Source of the DNA: a virus | Length of the DNA: 25,161 nucleotides | Virus genome (UHGV): UHGV-1407879 | Reading direction: 5' to 3' (one strand) | Part shown: positions 1-9,584 of the stretch, piece by piece | Layout: each line of letters starts with the position of its first letter | Numbering within the stretch: the first letter of the stretch is position 1 | The notes under the pieces: generated by a model | What the model saw: the letters and a program-made list of their open reading frames with translations, nothing else | Database searches by the model: none | What the model was told of the DNA's origin: nothing | Made by a program: the position numbers and the translations under genes

Positions 1-3
1 GAA

Positions 4-369
4 ATGACAATGGATTATTCACAGTTAAGTGATTTTGAAATTAACGTGGCGGTATTCGAAGCCATTCATAACGGATCACCGGATTACAAAGAAGGTGAGA
101 ATGGCGATATGGTGTTTGTCTCATTTGAGGGAGACGTTGTAAACGGAGACGCAGTTGAAGTAGAAGTTGAGCGCGGATCCTTTAACCCATGCGCAAACCC
201 AGCAGACGCATGGCCGATTATTGAAAAATACAGGATTAGCATTATCAATCTCGATGAAGACGAGTGGGGTGCACGCGGTGTGGCCTACTGTAAATCTAAG
301 CGAGCTATACATGAAAATCCCCTCCGCGCCGCCATGATTGTCTTTCTCATGATGCAGAGAATCCAATAA
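4..369 (+). CDS. Hypothetical nin-region protein (121 aa); N-terminus may lie upstream of the window
   Basis: Long ORF directly upstream of ninF, same strand, in the slot where lambda carries ninE; no recognisable motif. Sequence upstream of the start is not visible. Confidence 0.45.
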   Translation: MTMDYSQLSDFEINVAVFEAIHNGSPDYKEGENGDMVFVSFEGDVVNGDAVEVEVERGSFNPCANPADAWPIIEKYRISIINLDEDEWGARGVAYCKSKRAIHENPLRAAMIVFLMMQRIQ

Positions 370-545
370 TGCTTAGCCCATCCCAATCCCTTCAATACCA
401 GAAAGAAAGCGTCGAGCGGGCTTTAACGTGCGCTAACTGCGGCCAGAAGCTGCATGTGCTGGAAGTTCACGTGTGTGAGCACTGCTGCGCAGAACTGATG
501 AGCGATCCGAATAGCTCAATGTACGAGGAAGAAGACGATGGCTAA
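369..545 (+). CDS. ninF: NinF-like small Cys-rich protein (58 aa)
   Basis: Not in the ORF track (under 60 aa). Manual translation from ATG 369 gives [40 protein letters not shown]..., matching lambda NinF from memory; stop overlaps the ninG start. Confidence 0.7.
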   Translation: MLSPSQSLQYQKESVERALTCANCGQKLHVLEVHVCEHCCAELMSDPNSSMYEEEDDG

Positions 546-1149
546 ACCAGCGCGAAGACGATGTAAAAACGATGAATGTCGGGAATGGTTTCACCCTGCA
601 TTCGCTAATCAGTGGTGGTGCTCTCCAGAGTGTGGAACCAAGATAGCACTCGAACGACGAAGTAAAGAACGCGAAAAAGCGGAAAAAGCAGCAGAGAAGA
701 AACGAAGACGAGAGGAGCAGAAACAGAAAGATAAACTTAAGATTCGAAAACTCGCCTTAAAGCCCCGCAGTTACTGGATTAAACAAGCCCAACAAGCCGT
801 AAACGCTTTCATCAGAGAAAGAGACCGCGACTTACCATGTATCTCGTGCGGAACGCTCACGTCTGCTCAGTGGGATGCCGGACATTACCGGACAACTGCT
901 GCGGCACCTCAACTCCGATTTGATGAACGCAATATTCACAAGCAATGCGTGGTGTGCAACCAGCACAAAAGCGGAAATCTCGTTCCGTATCGCGTCGAAC
1001 TGATTAGCCGCATCGGGCAGGAAGCAGTAGACGAAATCGAATCAAACCATAGCCGCCATCGTTGGACTGTCGAAGAGTGCATGGCCATCAAGGCGGAGTA
1101 TCAGAAGAAACTCAAAGACCTGCGAAATAGCAGAAGTGAGGCCGCATGA
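538..1149 (+). CDS. ninG: NinG (Rap) recombination-promoting protein
   Basis: 203 aa; Cys-rich N-terminus ([12 protein letters not shown]...CSPEC), basic KR/E-rich linker, conserved CISCG...[14 protein letters not shown] core; synteny ninF-ninG-ninH-ninI-Q as in lambda. Confidence 0.9.
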   Translation: MAKPARRRCKNDECREWFHPAFANQWWCSPECGTKIALERRSKEREKAEKAAEKKRRREEQKQKDKLKIRKLALKPRSYWIKQAQQAVNAFIRERDRDLPCISCGTLTSAQWDAGHYRTTAAAPQLRFDERNIHKQCVVCNQHKSGNLVPYRVELISRIGQEAVDEIESNHSRHRWTVEECMAIKAEYQKKLKDLRNSRSEAA

Positions 1150-1352
1150 CGTTCTCAGTAAAAACCATTCCAGACATGCTTGTTGAAGCATACGGAAACC
1201 AGACAGAAGTAGCACGCAGACTGAAATGTAGTCGCGGCACGGTCAGAAAATACGTTGATGATAAAGACGGGAAAATGCACGCCATCGTCAACGACGTTCT
1301 TATGGTTCATCGCGGATGGAGTGAAAGAGATGCGCTATTACGAAAGAATTGA
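1146..1352 (+). CDS. ninH: NinH (68 aa)
   Basis: 68 aa, same length and position as lambda NinH; ATGA start/stop overlap with ninG; HTH-like segment [18 protein letters not shown]. Confidence 0.85.
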   Translation: MTFSVKTIPDMLVEAYGNQTEVARRLKCSRGTVRKYVDDKDGKMHAIVNDVLMVHRGWSERDALLRKN

Positions 1353-1995
1353 TGGCAGCAAATACCGAAATGTTTGGGTAGTTGGCGATCTGCACGGATG
1401 CTACACGAACATGATGAAAAAACTGGAGACGATAGGATTCGACACCAAAAAAGACCTGCTTATCTCGGTTGGCGATTTGGTTGATCGCGGTACAGAGAAC
1501 GTCGAATGTATGGAATTAATCACATTCCCCTGGTTCAGAGCTGTACGTGGAAACCATGAGCAAATGATGATTGATGGCTTATCAGAGCGTGGAAACGTTA
1601 ATCACTGGCTGCTTAATGGCGGTGGCTGGTTCTTTAATCTCGATTACGACAAAGAAATTCTGGCTAAAGCTCTTGCCCATAAAGCAGAAGAACTTCCGTT
1701 AATCATCGAACTGGTGAGCAAAGGTAAAAAATATGTCATCTGCCACGCCGATTATCCTTGTGAAGAATACGAATTTGGAAAGCCAGTTGATCATCAGCAG
1801 GTAATCTGGAACCGCGAACGAATCAGCAACTCACAAAACGGGATCGTGAAAGAAATTAAAGGCGCGGACACGTTCATCTTTGGTCACACGCCAGCAGTGA
1901 AACCACTCAAATTTGCCAACCAGATGTATATCGATACCGGCGCAGTGTTCTGCGGAAATCTCACATTGATTCAGGTACAGGGAGAAGGCGCGTGA
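1330..1995 (+). CDS. ninI: Ser/Thr protein phosphatase (NinI, lambda PPase-like)
   Basis: Metallophosphoesterase motifs GDLHGC, GDLVDRG, RGNHE. Start placed at internal ATG 1330 ([12 protein letters not shown]...), giving 221 aa as in lambda ORF221; the track ORF begins earlier at 1255 but overlaps ninH. Confidence 0.9.
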   Translation: MRYYERIDGSKYRNVWVVGDLHGCYTNMMKKLETIGFDTKKDLLISVGDLVDRGTENVECMELITFPWFRAVRGNHEQMMIDGLSERGNVNHWLLNGGGWFFNLDYDKEILAKALAHKAEELPLIIELVSKGKKYVICHADYPCEEYEFGKPVDHQQVIWNRERISNSQNGIVKEIKGADTFIFGHTPAVKPLKFANQMYIDTGAVFCGNLTLIQVQGEGA

Positions 1996-2615
1996 GACTC
2001 GAAAGCGTAGCTAAATTTCATTCGCCAAAAAGCCCGATGATGAGCGACTCACCACGGGCTACGGCTTCTGACTCTCTTTCCGGTACTGATGTGATGGCTG
2101 CTATGGGGATGGCGCAATCACAAGCCGGATTCGGAATGGCTGCATTCTGCGGTAAGCATGAACTCAGCCAGAACGACAAACAAAAGGCTATCAACTATCT
2201 GATGCAATTTGCACACAAGGTATCGGGGAAATACCGTGGCGTTGCAAAGCTTGAAGGAAATACTAAGGCAAAGGTACTGCAAGTGCTCGCAACATTCGCT
2301 TATGCGGATTATTGCCGTAGTGCCGCGACGCCGGGCGCAAGATGCAGAGATTGCCACGGTACAGGCCGTGCGGTTGATATAGCCAAAACAGAGCAGTGGG
2401 GGAGAGTTGTTGAGAAAGAGTGCGGAAGATGCAAAGGTGTCGGCTATTCAAGAATGCCAGCAAGCGCCGCATATCGCGCTGTAACGATGCTAATCCCAAA
2501 CCTCACCCAACCCACCTGGTCACGCACTGTTAAGCCGCTGTATGACGCTCTGGTGGTGCAATGCCACAAAGAAGAGTCAATCGCAGACAACATTTTGAAC
2601 GCGGTCACACGTTAG
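1992..2615 (+). CDS. Q: Late-gene antiterminator Q (lambda type)
   Basis: 207 aa, essentially identical from memory to lambda Q ([27 protein letters not shown]...; zinc-binding CRDCHGTG...CGRCKG). Confidence 0.95.
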   Translation: MRLESVAKFHSPKSPMMSDSPRATASDSLSGTDVMAAMGMAQSQAGFGMAAFCGKHELSQNDKQKAINYLMQFAHKVSGKYRGVAKLEGNTKAKVLQVLATFAYADYCRSAATPGARCRDCHGTGRAVDIAKTEQWGRVVEKECGRCKGVGYSRMPASAAYRAVTMLIPNLTQPTWSRTVKPLYDALVVQCHKEESIADNILNAVTR

Positions 2616-2657
2616 CAGCATGATTGCCACGGATGGCAACATATTAACGGCATGATA

Positions 2658-2700
2658 TTGACTTATTGAATAAAATTGGGTAAATTTGACTCAACGATGG
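2658..2700 (+). promoter_or_regulatory. Late promoter PR' with overlapping qut site
   Basis: -35 TTGACT (2658-2663), 17-bp spacer, -10 TAAATT (2681-2686); sequence TTGACTTATTGAATAAAATTGGGTAAATTTGACTCAACGATGG matches lambda PR'/qut from memory, immediately downstream of Q. Confidence 0.8.
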
Positions 2701-2721
2701 ATAAATGCACTCGTTAAATAA

Positions 2722-2757
2722 AGCCCTGAGTTAATAGCTCGGGGCTTTTTGCGTTTT
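2722..2757 (+). terminator. Rho-independent terminator shortly downstream of PR' (tR'-like)
   Basis: Stem AGCCCTGAG (2722-2730) / CTCGGGGCT (2738-2746) with one G-U wobble, 7-nt loop, followed by TTTTTGCGTTTT. Confidence 0.6.
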
Positions 2758-3028
2758 AAGCACGGCCTTTCTGAAAGCACATCAAACCAAATACCAGACA
2801 GACAAAAATAATCACCTTATCCGCTGTGGCTACGGTGCGGTGTGCTTTGCATAAAAGAAAACCAGCTCAATGGCTGGCTTCGTGAAAGCGGGTGGCAAGA
2901 GGTTGCGCTAACAACCTCCTGCCGTTTTGCCCGTGCATATCGGTCACGAACAAATCTGATTACTAAACACAGTAGCCTGGATTTGTTCTATCAGTAATCG
3001 ACCTTATTCCTAATTAAATAGAGCAAAT

Positions 3029-3042
3029 CCCCTTATTGGGGG
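3029..3042 (+). promoter_or_regulatory. sdi stem-loop controlling the S dual translational start
   Basis: CCCC-TTATT-GGGGG hairpin a few nt upstream of the Met1-Lys2-Met3 start of S, as in lambda. Confidence 0.6.
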
Positions 3043-3048
3043 TAAGAC

Positions 3049-3372
3049 ATGAAGATGCCAGAAAAACATGACCTGTTAGCCGCCATTCTCGCGGCAAAGG
3101 AACAAGGCATCGGGGCAATCCTTGCGTTTGCAATGGCGTACCTTCGCGGCAGATATAATGGCGGTGCGTTTACAAAAACAGTAATCGACGCAACGATGTG
3201 CGCCATTATCGCCTGGTTCATTCGTGACCTTCTCGACTTCGCAGGACTAAGTAGCAATCTCGCTTATATAACGAGCGTGTTCATCGGCTACATCGGTACT
3301 GACTCGATTGGTTCGCTTATCAAACGCTTCGCTGCTAAAAAAGCCGGAGTAGAAGATGGTGGAAATCAATAA
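3049..3372 (+). CDS. S: Holin/antiholin S (S107/S105 dual start)
   Basis: 107 aa, near-identical to lambda S from memory ([39 protein letters not shown]...); three hydrophobic segments; MKM dual-start motif. Confidence 0.95.
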   Translation: MKMPEKHDLLAAILAAKEQGIGAILAFAMAYLRGRYNGGAFTKTVIDATMCAIIAWFIRDLLDFAGLSSNLAYITSVFIGYIGTDSIGSLIKRFAAKKAGVEDGGNQ

Positions 3373-3832
3373 TCAACGTAAGGCGTTCCTCGATATGCTG
3401 GCGTGGTCAGAGGGAACTGATAACGGACGACAGAAAACCAGAAATCATGGTTATGACGTCATTGTTGGCGGAGAGCTATTCACTGATTACTCCGATCACC
3501 CTCGCAAACTTGTCACGCTTAACCCCAAACTCAAATCAACAGCAGCCGGACGTTACCAGCTTCTTTCCCGTTGGTGGGATGCCTATCGTAAGCAGCTTGG
3601 CCTGAAAGACTTCTCTCCGAAAAGCCAGGACGCTGTGGCATTGCAACAGATTAAAGAGCGTGGCGCTTTGCCGATGATTGATCGCGGTGATATCCGTCAG
3701 GCTATCGACCGTTGTAGCAATATCTGGGCTTCTCTTCCGGGCGCTGGTTATGGTCAGTTCGAGCATAAGGCTGACAGCCTGATTGCAAAATTCAAAGAAG
3801 CTGGCGGAACGGTCAGAGAGATTGAGGTATGA
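3356..3832 (+). CDS. R: Endolysin R (lytic transglycosylase)
   Basis: 158 aa, near-identical to lambda R from memory ([24 protein letters not shown]...); overlaps the S stop. Confidence 0.95.
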   Translation: MVEINNQRKAFLDMLAWSEGTDNGRQKTRNHGYDVIVGGELFTDYSDHPRKLVTLNPKLKSTAAGRYQLLSRWWDAYRKQLGLKDFSPKSQDAVALQQIKERGALPMIDRGDIRQAIDRCSNIWASLPGAGYGQFEHKADSLIAKFKEAGGTVREIEV

Positions 3833-4266
3833 GCAGAGTCACCGCGATTATCTCCGCTCTGGTTATCTGCATCATCGTCTGCCTGTCATGGGCTGTTAAT
3901 CACTACCGTGATAACGCCATCGCCTATAAAGAGCAGCGCGACAAAGCCGCATCTATCATCTCTGATATGCAGAAGCGTCAACGTGATGTAGCTGAACTCG
4001 ATGCCAGATACACAAAGGAGCTTGCTGATGCTAACGCGACTATCGAAAGTCTCCGTGCTGATGTTTCTGCTGGGCGTAAGCGCCTGCAGGTCGCCGCCAC
4101 CTGTGCAAAGTCAACGACCGGAGCCAGCGGCATGGGCGATGGAGAAAGCCCAAGACTTACAGCAGATGCTGAACTCAATTATTACCGTCTCCGAAGTGGA
4201 ATCGACAGGATAACCGCGCAGGTTAACTACCTGCAGGAATACATCAGGACGCAATGCCTTCGATGA
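3829..4266 (+). CDS. Rz: Spanin inner-membrane subunit Rz (i-spanin)
   Basis: 145 aa; N-terminal TM helix ([20 protein letters not shown]), coiled-coil periplasmic domain, ATGA overlap with R; diverged from lambda Rz but same architecture. Confidence 0.85.
   Translation: MSRVTAIISALVICIIVCLSWAVNHYRDNAIAYKEQRDKAASIISDMQKRQRDVAELDARYTKELADANATIESLRADVSAGRKRLQVAATCAKSTTGASGMGDGESPRLTADAELNYYRLRSGIDRITAQVNYLQEYIRTQCLR
4028..4213 (+). CDS. Rz1: Spanin outer-membrane lipoprotein Rz1 (o-spanin), embedded in +1 frame of Rz
   Basis: Embedded ORF with signal peptide and lipobox (LLGVSAC), proline-rich mature part ([13 protein letters not shown]). Start chosen at ATG 4028; the track ORF begins at 4001. 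Confidence 0.7.
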   Translation: MLTRLSKVSVLMFLLGVSACRSPPPVQSQRPEPAAWAMEKAQDLQQMLNSIITVSEVESTG

Positions 4267-4646
4267 TAGCGATAATTTTACTCATCATCCTTCACATCTG
4301 GCTCTGTAGACAGGGTGGTGATCACTTCTGGAGTGAATCCAGATTAAACATCTCATTGCTGATGCTTGATATTGAGCATCTGGCGCGCGGTAAGGGGCTG
4401 CGTTGAGATAAGAGCCAGTTCATTACAAAGCCTATCTACTGGTGGGCTTGATAATGAAACCGGAATTTATTCTGGGTAACCAGTTACGGCAGTACAGCGA
4501 AACAACCCAAGCCAGTAAGTGGGGAAATAACACTGGCAGCCACTGAAAGATGAACCTCCTGCCTTATGGCAAAAAAAAGATTCTTTGTGGTGGCGGACTG
4601 ATGGAAAGACATCCTAATCAAGCAACCACTCCACAGGGTCATAATT

Positions 4647-5027
4647 ATGAACGACCAGCAAATCGAAAAAGAAATCGTTGAGAAAGGCAAAACCGCTCCG
4701 AGAATCACTCCGCAGCACATCGAAGACGTGATTAAAAGCGAGCATTACTTTACTGCTTATGATGGACGAAATGGTGCCATTTCCAGCAACGAATATTGTG
4801 GCAGGGGAAAAACAGAAGAAGGCGATCGTGATTTATCACCATTGAAGTTGCTCACTTTCTGCGTACTGGTGCTGAAGAATGGCTTCACCGTCACCGGAGA
4901 GAGTGCCTGTGCAAGCCCGGAAAACTTTGATGCAGAAATTGGTCGGAAGATTGCCCGGCAAAATGCTGTAAACAAAATCTGGATGCTCGAAGGTTACTTG
5001 CTGAAGCAGAAGCTAAGCGAACAGTAG
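4647..5027 (+). CDS. Hypothetical phage protein (126 aa), possibly N4 Gp49 / Sf6 gp66-like family
   Basis: ORF between the lysis cassette and small terminase, the position of gene 66 in Sf6-type genomes; family assignment is from memory only. Confidence 0.5.
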   Translation: MNDQQIEKEIVEKGKTAPRITPQHIEDVIKSEHYFTAYDGRNGAISSNEYCGRGKTEEGDRDLSPLKLLTFCVLVLKNGFTVTGESACASPENFDAEIGRKIARQNAVNKIWMLEGYLLKQKLSEQ

Positions 5028-5130
5028 TTATTACAAAAGCCATTCCCTACAGAGTGGCTTTGATAATGGCTTATACCCTACACGGGATATCTTAACTGAT
5101 ATCCCTTTTAACGGATAAACGGAGCCAACA

Positions 5131-5373
5131 ATGGCAGAGATTATTCCCATGACTGAAGAACAGAAATTCCAGTTAGAGATTTACAAGCTGGTCATGAACC
5201 AGAACGCAGCTGCAGAGGAAGCATTTCAGTTCATTGGCACTGACGAACTGAAGCTTGAGCTATTCAAAATTCACTTCCAGTCAGGCGGCGCTAATTCGGA
5301 TATCACGACCCGCACTATCGAAGCGGTGCGTAAATCGAAGGAAGCGTTAGACCTGTTCACCACCGGAGCATAA
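5131..5373 (+). CDS. Hypothetical small acidic protein (80 aa)
   Basis: ORF ending 2 nt before the TerS start (TAA 5371-5373, ATG 5376), so probably co-translated with the packaging operon. Confidence 0.45.
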   Translation: MAEIIPMTEEQKFQLEIYKLVMNQNAAAEEAFQFIGTDELKLELFKIHFQSGGANSDITTRTIEAVRKSKEALDLFTTGA

Positions 5374-5375
5374 AC

Positions 5376-5819
5376 ATGGCGCGCCCAACAAAGTATCAAG
5401 AGGCGTATGCCGAACAGGCACGCAAACTGTGCTTGCTGGGCTATACAGACGCCGAACTCGCTGACTTCTTTGAAGTTAGCGAGGCAACAATCAACAATTG
5501 GAAATTGGAATATCCGGAGTTTTTAGAGTCCATAAAAAAGGGTAAGGCCGTCGCTGATGCAGAAGTTAGTGATCGTCTTTATCAACGCGCTATGGGCTTC
5601 GTGGCTCCAGACATCGATATTCGTGTTATTGAAAACAGAATTGTCGAAACTCCGCTTAAGAAGTATTACCCGCCTGATACAACTGCCGCCATCTTCTGGC
5701 TCAAGAACAGACAGAAAGATAAATGGCGAGAGAAGCAGGACGTCAACCATACATCTGATGACGGCTCCATGACTCCAAAAGCTCCAGTGTATAACATTGT
5801 AAAAAGCGAGACGCAATGA
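5376..5819 (+). CDS. Terminase small subunit
   Basis: 147 aa directly upstream of and overlapping TerL (ATGA at 5816); N-terminal HTH-like segment (LGYTDAELADFFEVSEATINNWK). Confidence 0.7.
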   Translation: MARPTKYQEAYAEQARKLCLLGYTDAELADFFEVSEATINNWKLEYPEFLESIKKGKAVADAEVSDRLYQRAMGFVAPDIDIRVIENRIVETPLKKYYPPDTTAAIFWLKNRQKDKWREKQDVNHTSDDGSMTPKAPVYNIVKSETQ

Positions 5820-7294
5820 CAGAGCAATGCAGCATTCCTGAAGCGTTTGAGGAATACCTGCAGCCAGCCAGATTCAAGGTAGCTTATGGCGGGCGAGGTT
5901 CCGCCAAGACGCGAACGTTCATAACAATCCTCCTCAATAACGTCATCTATCACGGATGGAAGCTTATCTGTTTTCGTGAGTACATGAAGTCCATCAAGGA
6001 ATCATGCTATGCGGAAATTGTTGAAGAGATTAACCGCCGAAACCTCCACTCACTGGTGACTATTAATAAGACAGAGATATTTGCCAATAGCGGCGGACGT
6101 ATCAGTTTCGACTTCCTGCGCCTTAACGTGGAAAATATCAAAGGTTACGCAAACTTCGATGCCGCCCTTGTAGAGGAAGCAGAAAACGTATCAAAGGACT
6201 CATGGGAAACGCTTATCCCAACGGTACGTAAAGAGTTCTACAGCGCTGAGTATGGTCGAGTGGTTGAGTCGGAAATATGGGTTGCATACAACCCGAAGAA
6301 CAGACTCAGCGATACACATCAGCGCTTTGTTACGAATCGCATATACCCCGACTATGACGAAAACGGTAATCGCTACTGCATCGTCAAGCAGATCAACTAC
6401 ACAGCTAATCCATGGTTCCCGGAAACTCTCCGCAGGGATATGGAGATTATGAAGAAGGCTAATCACGAGCTTTATCGGCATGTGTATCTTGGTGAACCGG
6501 TGGGGGCATCAGAAATGGCTATTATCAAGTTTGCATGGTTAGAGGCTGCAACAGACGCCCACATTAAGCTCGGATGGAAAGCTAAAGGTGCAGTGATTGC
6601 AGCGCATGACCCGTCAGACACCGGCCCAGATGCCAAAGGATATGCAGTGCGACATGGATCAGTTGTTAAGCGCGTATGTGAAGGGCTGCTCATGGATATA
6701 AACGAGGGTGCTGATTGGGCATCTTCATTGGCGGTAATCGATGATGTTGATCATTTCCTGTTTGATGGAGATGGACTTGGAGCAGGGCTTCGTCGACAGA
6801 TAACAGACTATTTCAGTGGAAAGAAAGTCACCGTAACAATGTTTAAAGGTAGTGAATCGCCATTCGACGAAGATGCTCCATATCAGGCTGGGGCATGGAC
6901 TGATGAAGTTGTGCAGGGTGATAACGTCCGCACTATTGGAGATGTATTCCGAAACAAGCGAGCGCAGTTCTATTACACGCTGGCTGACAGGCTTTATCGA
7001 ACATACCGGGCGGTAGAGCATGGTGAATACGCCGACCCTGATGAAATGCTTAGCTTTGACAAAGAGGCTATTGGAGAGAATATCCTCAACAAGTTATTCG
7101 CAGAGCTAACGCAGATCCAACGCAAATTCAACGGCAACGGAAAGCTTGAGCTGATGACCAAAGTCGAAATGAAGCAGAAGCTCGGTATTCCATCTCCTAA
7201 CCTGGCTGATGCGCTGATGATGTGTATGCATTGCCCGGAGTCGGCTGCGCAACCCGACTATTCCAGTTACTCAATTCCTTGTGGTGTAGGTTGA
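5816..7294 (+). CDS. Terminase large subunit
   Basis: 492 aa; Walker A-like YGGRGSAKT near the N-terminus, acidic nuclease-domain residues later; lies between TerS and portal. Confidence 0.9.
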   Translation: MTEQCSIPEAFEEYLQPARFKVAYGGRGSAKTRTFITILLNNVIYHGWKLICFREYMKSIKESCYAEIVEEINRRNLHSLVTINKTEIFANSGGRISFDFLRLNVENIKGYANFDAALVEEAENVSKDSWETLIPTVRKEFYSAEYGRVVESEIWVAYNPKNRLSDTHQRFVTNRIYPDYDENGNRYCIVKQINYTANPWFPETLRRDMEIMKKANHELYRHVYLGEPVGASEMAIIKFAWLEAATDAHIKLGWKAKGAVIAAHDPSDTGPDAKGYAVRHGSVVKRVCEGLLMDINEGADWASSLAVIDDVDHFLFDGDGLGAGLRRQITDYFSGKKVTVTMFKGSESPFDEDAPYQAGAWTDEVVQGDNVRTIGDVFRNKRAQFYYTLADRLYRTYRAVEHGEYADPDEMLSFDKEAIGENILNKLFAELTQIQRKFNGNGKLELMTKVEMKQKLGIPSPNLADALMMCMHCPESAAQPDYSSYSIPCGVG

Positions 7295-7295
7295 T

Positions 7296-9494
7296 ATGGC
7301 AGAAAAAAAGATGACTGACTGGCATCGCAAGGTGCTGTGCAACTTTGATAATGCCTGGTCAGCAACGCAGGATATGCGTGAGCAGATTATTGAGGCTCAA
7401 CGTTTCGTCCGGGTATCCGGCGCACAGTGGGAAGGCAGCACAAACGCTGGTTACTCATTTGATGAAGGCAGATTTGAGCATTACCCGCGCTTTGAACTAA
7501 ATAAGATTGCCCGTGAATGTGATCGCATCATTGGCGAGTATCGACAGAATCGCATCAGCGTTAAATTCAGGCCGAAGGATGACAAGGCATCGGAAGCGTT
7601 AGCCGAAAAAATGAACGGCAAATTCCGCGCTGACTATCAGGAAACATCAGGTGGCGAAGCGTGTGATAACGCATTTGATGATGCTGTAACGGGCGGATTC
7701 GGTTGTTTCCGCATGTGTGCCGATTACGAAGATGAAATGGATCCGAGTAACGAGCAGCGACGCATCAGCCTTCTTCCTGTTTACGACCCGGCGACATGCG
7801 TCTTCTTCGATCAGGACAGCAAACAATATGACCGCTCTGATGCTATGTGGGCTATGGAAATGTTCTCCATGACGCCTAAAGCGTTCGAGGCTGAATACCC
7901 TGATTCCATTGCGGCAAGCCTTTCTCGGGATGTCACTGGTACTCAGTATGACTGGTCAACGCCTGACGCCATCTATGTTGGACGTTACTACGAAGTTCGC
8001 ATAGAGAAGGTGAAGCTCACGGCGTGGCGCAACCCTGTTAGCGGAGAAACGGCAATCTATGATGAAGAGCAAATCAAAGATATTGTCGACGAGCTGACCG
8101 ATGGTGCATTCGAACTGATTGGCGAGCGAACGGTGAAGAAGCGCCGCGTTTATTGCGGTCTTCTGTCTGGCGCTGAATGGCTGGAAGAACCGAAGCGTAT
8201 TCCGGGTGAACATATTCCTCTCATCCCGGTATATGGGCGTCGCTCATTTGTTGATAATCAGGAGCGAATCGAAGGCCACGCAGCAAAAGCGATGGATGCA
8301 CAGCGTCTTGAGAACCTGATGGTTTCCATGATTGCAGATAACGCTACTCAGGCTGGCGGTGATGGCATTCCTATCGTGGATGTTGATTTCATTCCCGGTC
8401 CATTAATGAATCACTGGGCAGAGAGGAATAAGAAAAGACCTGCAGTTCTTCCCATGACCAGCAAGAAGGACAAAAACGGAACGGTCATTTCAGAAGCTCA
8501 GGTTGCTGGCTGGACACCTACGACACAAATGCCGCCAGCTCTTGCCGGGCTATTGCAGTACACCGGAACGGCTATTCAGCAAATTACAGGTGCGTCGCAG
8601 CTTGAGAACATGCCGAGCAACATCGCCACCGATACCGTTGATAGCATTTTTAACCGGATGGATACGCAGTCCTATATCTACATGGACAACATGGCTAAAT
8701 CCATGCGCCGCGCTGGCGTCGTGTGGCTTTCTATGGCGCGTGAGGTCTATGGCAGTGATACGCCGATGCGTATCGTTAATGAGGACGGCAGCGATGACGT
8801 GGCGCTGATGACCGGTGAAGTGGTTGACCGTCAGACAGGGCAGGTTATCGCGCTTAATGACCTTTCGCAGGGCAACTATGAAGTGACTGTCGATGTTGGT
8901 CAGTCGTTCGCTACTCGCCGTGATGCAACGGTTAAGTCGTTACTTTCCATGCTGGCACTTATCCCACCAGGAACGCCGAAGCACGACCTTGTATCGTCGA
9001 TGATTCTCGACAATATGGACGGCGAAGGGATGGACGACCTGAAAGAATATAACCGCAATCAGTTGCTTCTGTCTGGCGTTATCAAGCCGAGAACGCCTGA
9101 AGAACAGCAGATGGTTGAACAGGCGAAACAACAACAGGCCAGTCAGCCAGATCCGGCTATGGTTGCAGCGCAAGGTCAGCTTCTTGCTGGTCAGGCTGAA
9201 TTGCAGAAAGCGCAGAACGAACAGGCAGCCATTCAGGTTAAAGCATTCCAGGCACAGACTGATGCTCAGGTTGCAGCGGCAAATGTTGTGAAAATACTCG
9301 CATCTGCCGATAGTCAGCAGAAATCTGATATCCGCGAGGCTCTGAAACTGCTCGGACAGTTCCAGCAACAGCAAGGAGATAATGCCCGTGCTGATGCAGA
9401 GCTTGTCCTGAAAAGTCAGGCGCAGGGCCATGCGCAGCGCATGGACATCAGCAGTATCCTGCAAAAATCAACTCAGCAACAACCACAGCAGTAA
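7296..9494 (+). CDS. Portal protein (P22 gp1-like)
   Basis: 732 aa; recognisable similarity to P22 portal from memory (GEHIPLIPVYG..., C-terminal glutamine-rich helical barrel KPRTPEEQQMVEQAKQQQASQPDPAMVAAQGQLLAGQAELQKAQNEQ). Confidence 0.9.
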   Translation: MAEKKMTDWHRKVLCNFDNAWSATQDMREQIIEAQRFVRVSGAQWEGSTNAGYSFDEGRFEHYPRFELNKIARECDRIIGEYRQNRISVKFRPKDDKASEALAEKMNGKFRADYQETSGGEACDNAFDDAVTGGFGCFRMCADYEDEMDPSNEQRRISLLPVYDPATCVFFDQDSKQYDRSDAMWAMEMFSMTPKAFEAEYPDSIAASLSRDVTGTQYDWSTPDAIYVGRYYEVRIEKVKLTAWRNPVSGETAIYDEEQIKDIVDELTDGAFELIGERTVKKRRVYCGLLSGAEWLEEPKRIPGEHIPLIPVYGRRSFVDNQERIEGHAAKAMDAQRLENLMVSMIADNATQAGGDGIPIVDVDFIPGPLMNHWAERNKKRPAVLPMTSKKDKNGTVISEAQVAGWTPTTQMPPALAGLLQYTGTAIQQITGASQLENMPSNIATDTVDSIFNRMDTQSYIYMDNMAKSMRRAGVVWLSMAREVYGSDTPMRIVNEDGSDDVALMTGEVVDRQTGQVIALNDLSQGNYEVTVDVGQSFATRRDATVKSLLSMLALIPPGTPKHDLVSSMILDNMDGEGMDDLKEYNRNQLLLSGVIKPRTPEEQQMVEQAKQQQASQPDPAMVAAQGQLLAGQAELQKAQNEQAAIQVKAFQAQTDAQVAAANVVKILASADSQQKSDIREALKLLGQFQQQQGDNARADAELVLKSQAQGHAQRMDISSILQKSTQQQPQQ

Positions 9495-9584
9495 TTAACC
9501 CATAACGTGCAATGGCTGTCTTTATGAGGCCTGGCACCCTATTGCCTTCCGATGGGCTGAACATCGAGTAAACAGGGGTAACAA

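Noticed and set aside
121-366. 81-aa minus-strand ORF
   Set aside because: Antisense to the 121-aa nin-region ORF; no start context.
2118-2499. Two minus-strand ORFs (79 aa and 78 aa)
   Set aside because: Antisense to the lambda-identical Q gene.
3033-3257. 74-aa minus-strand ORF
   Set aside because: Antisense to the S holin gene.
4267-4646. cos site or pac-containing packaging origin
   Set aside because: P22-like terminase and portal imply headful packaging with pac inside or near terS; no lambda cos sequence recognised.
4484-4720. 78-aa minus-strand ORF in the Rz-downstream region
   Set aside because: Overlaps the start of the + strand 126-aa gene; Cys-rich and hydrophobic with no SD. 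Lambda bor, which sits here in lambda, is not recognisable.
5523-5953. Short ORFs on both strands (5523..5816 minus, 5557..5772 plus, 5666..5953 minus)
   Set aside because: Alternative frames or antisense of the TerS and TerL genes.
8940-9464. 174-aa minus-strand ORF
   Set aside because: Lies wholly within the portal gene on the opposite strand; Leu/Phe-rich low-complexity product reflecting antisense of the Q/A-rich portal C-terminus.
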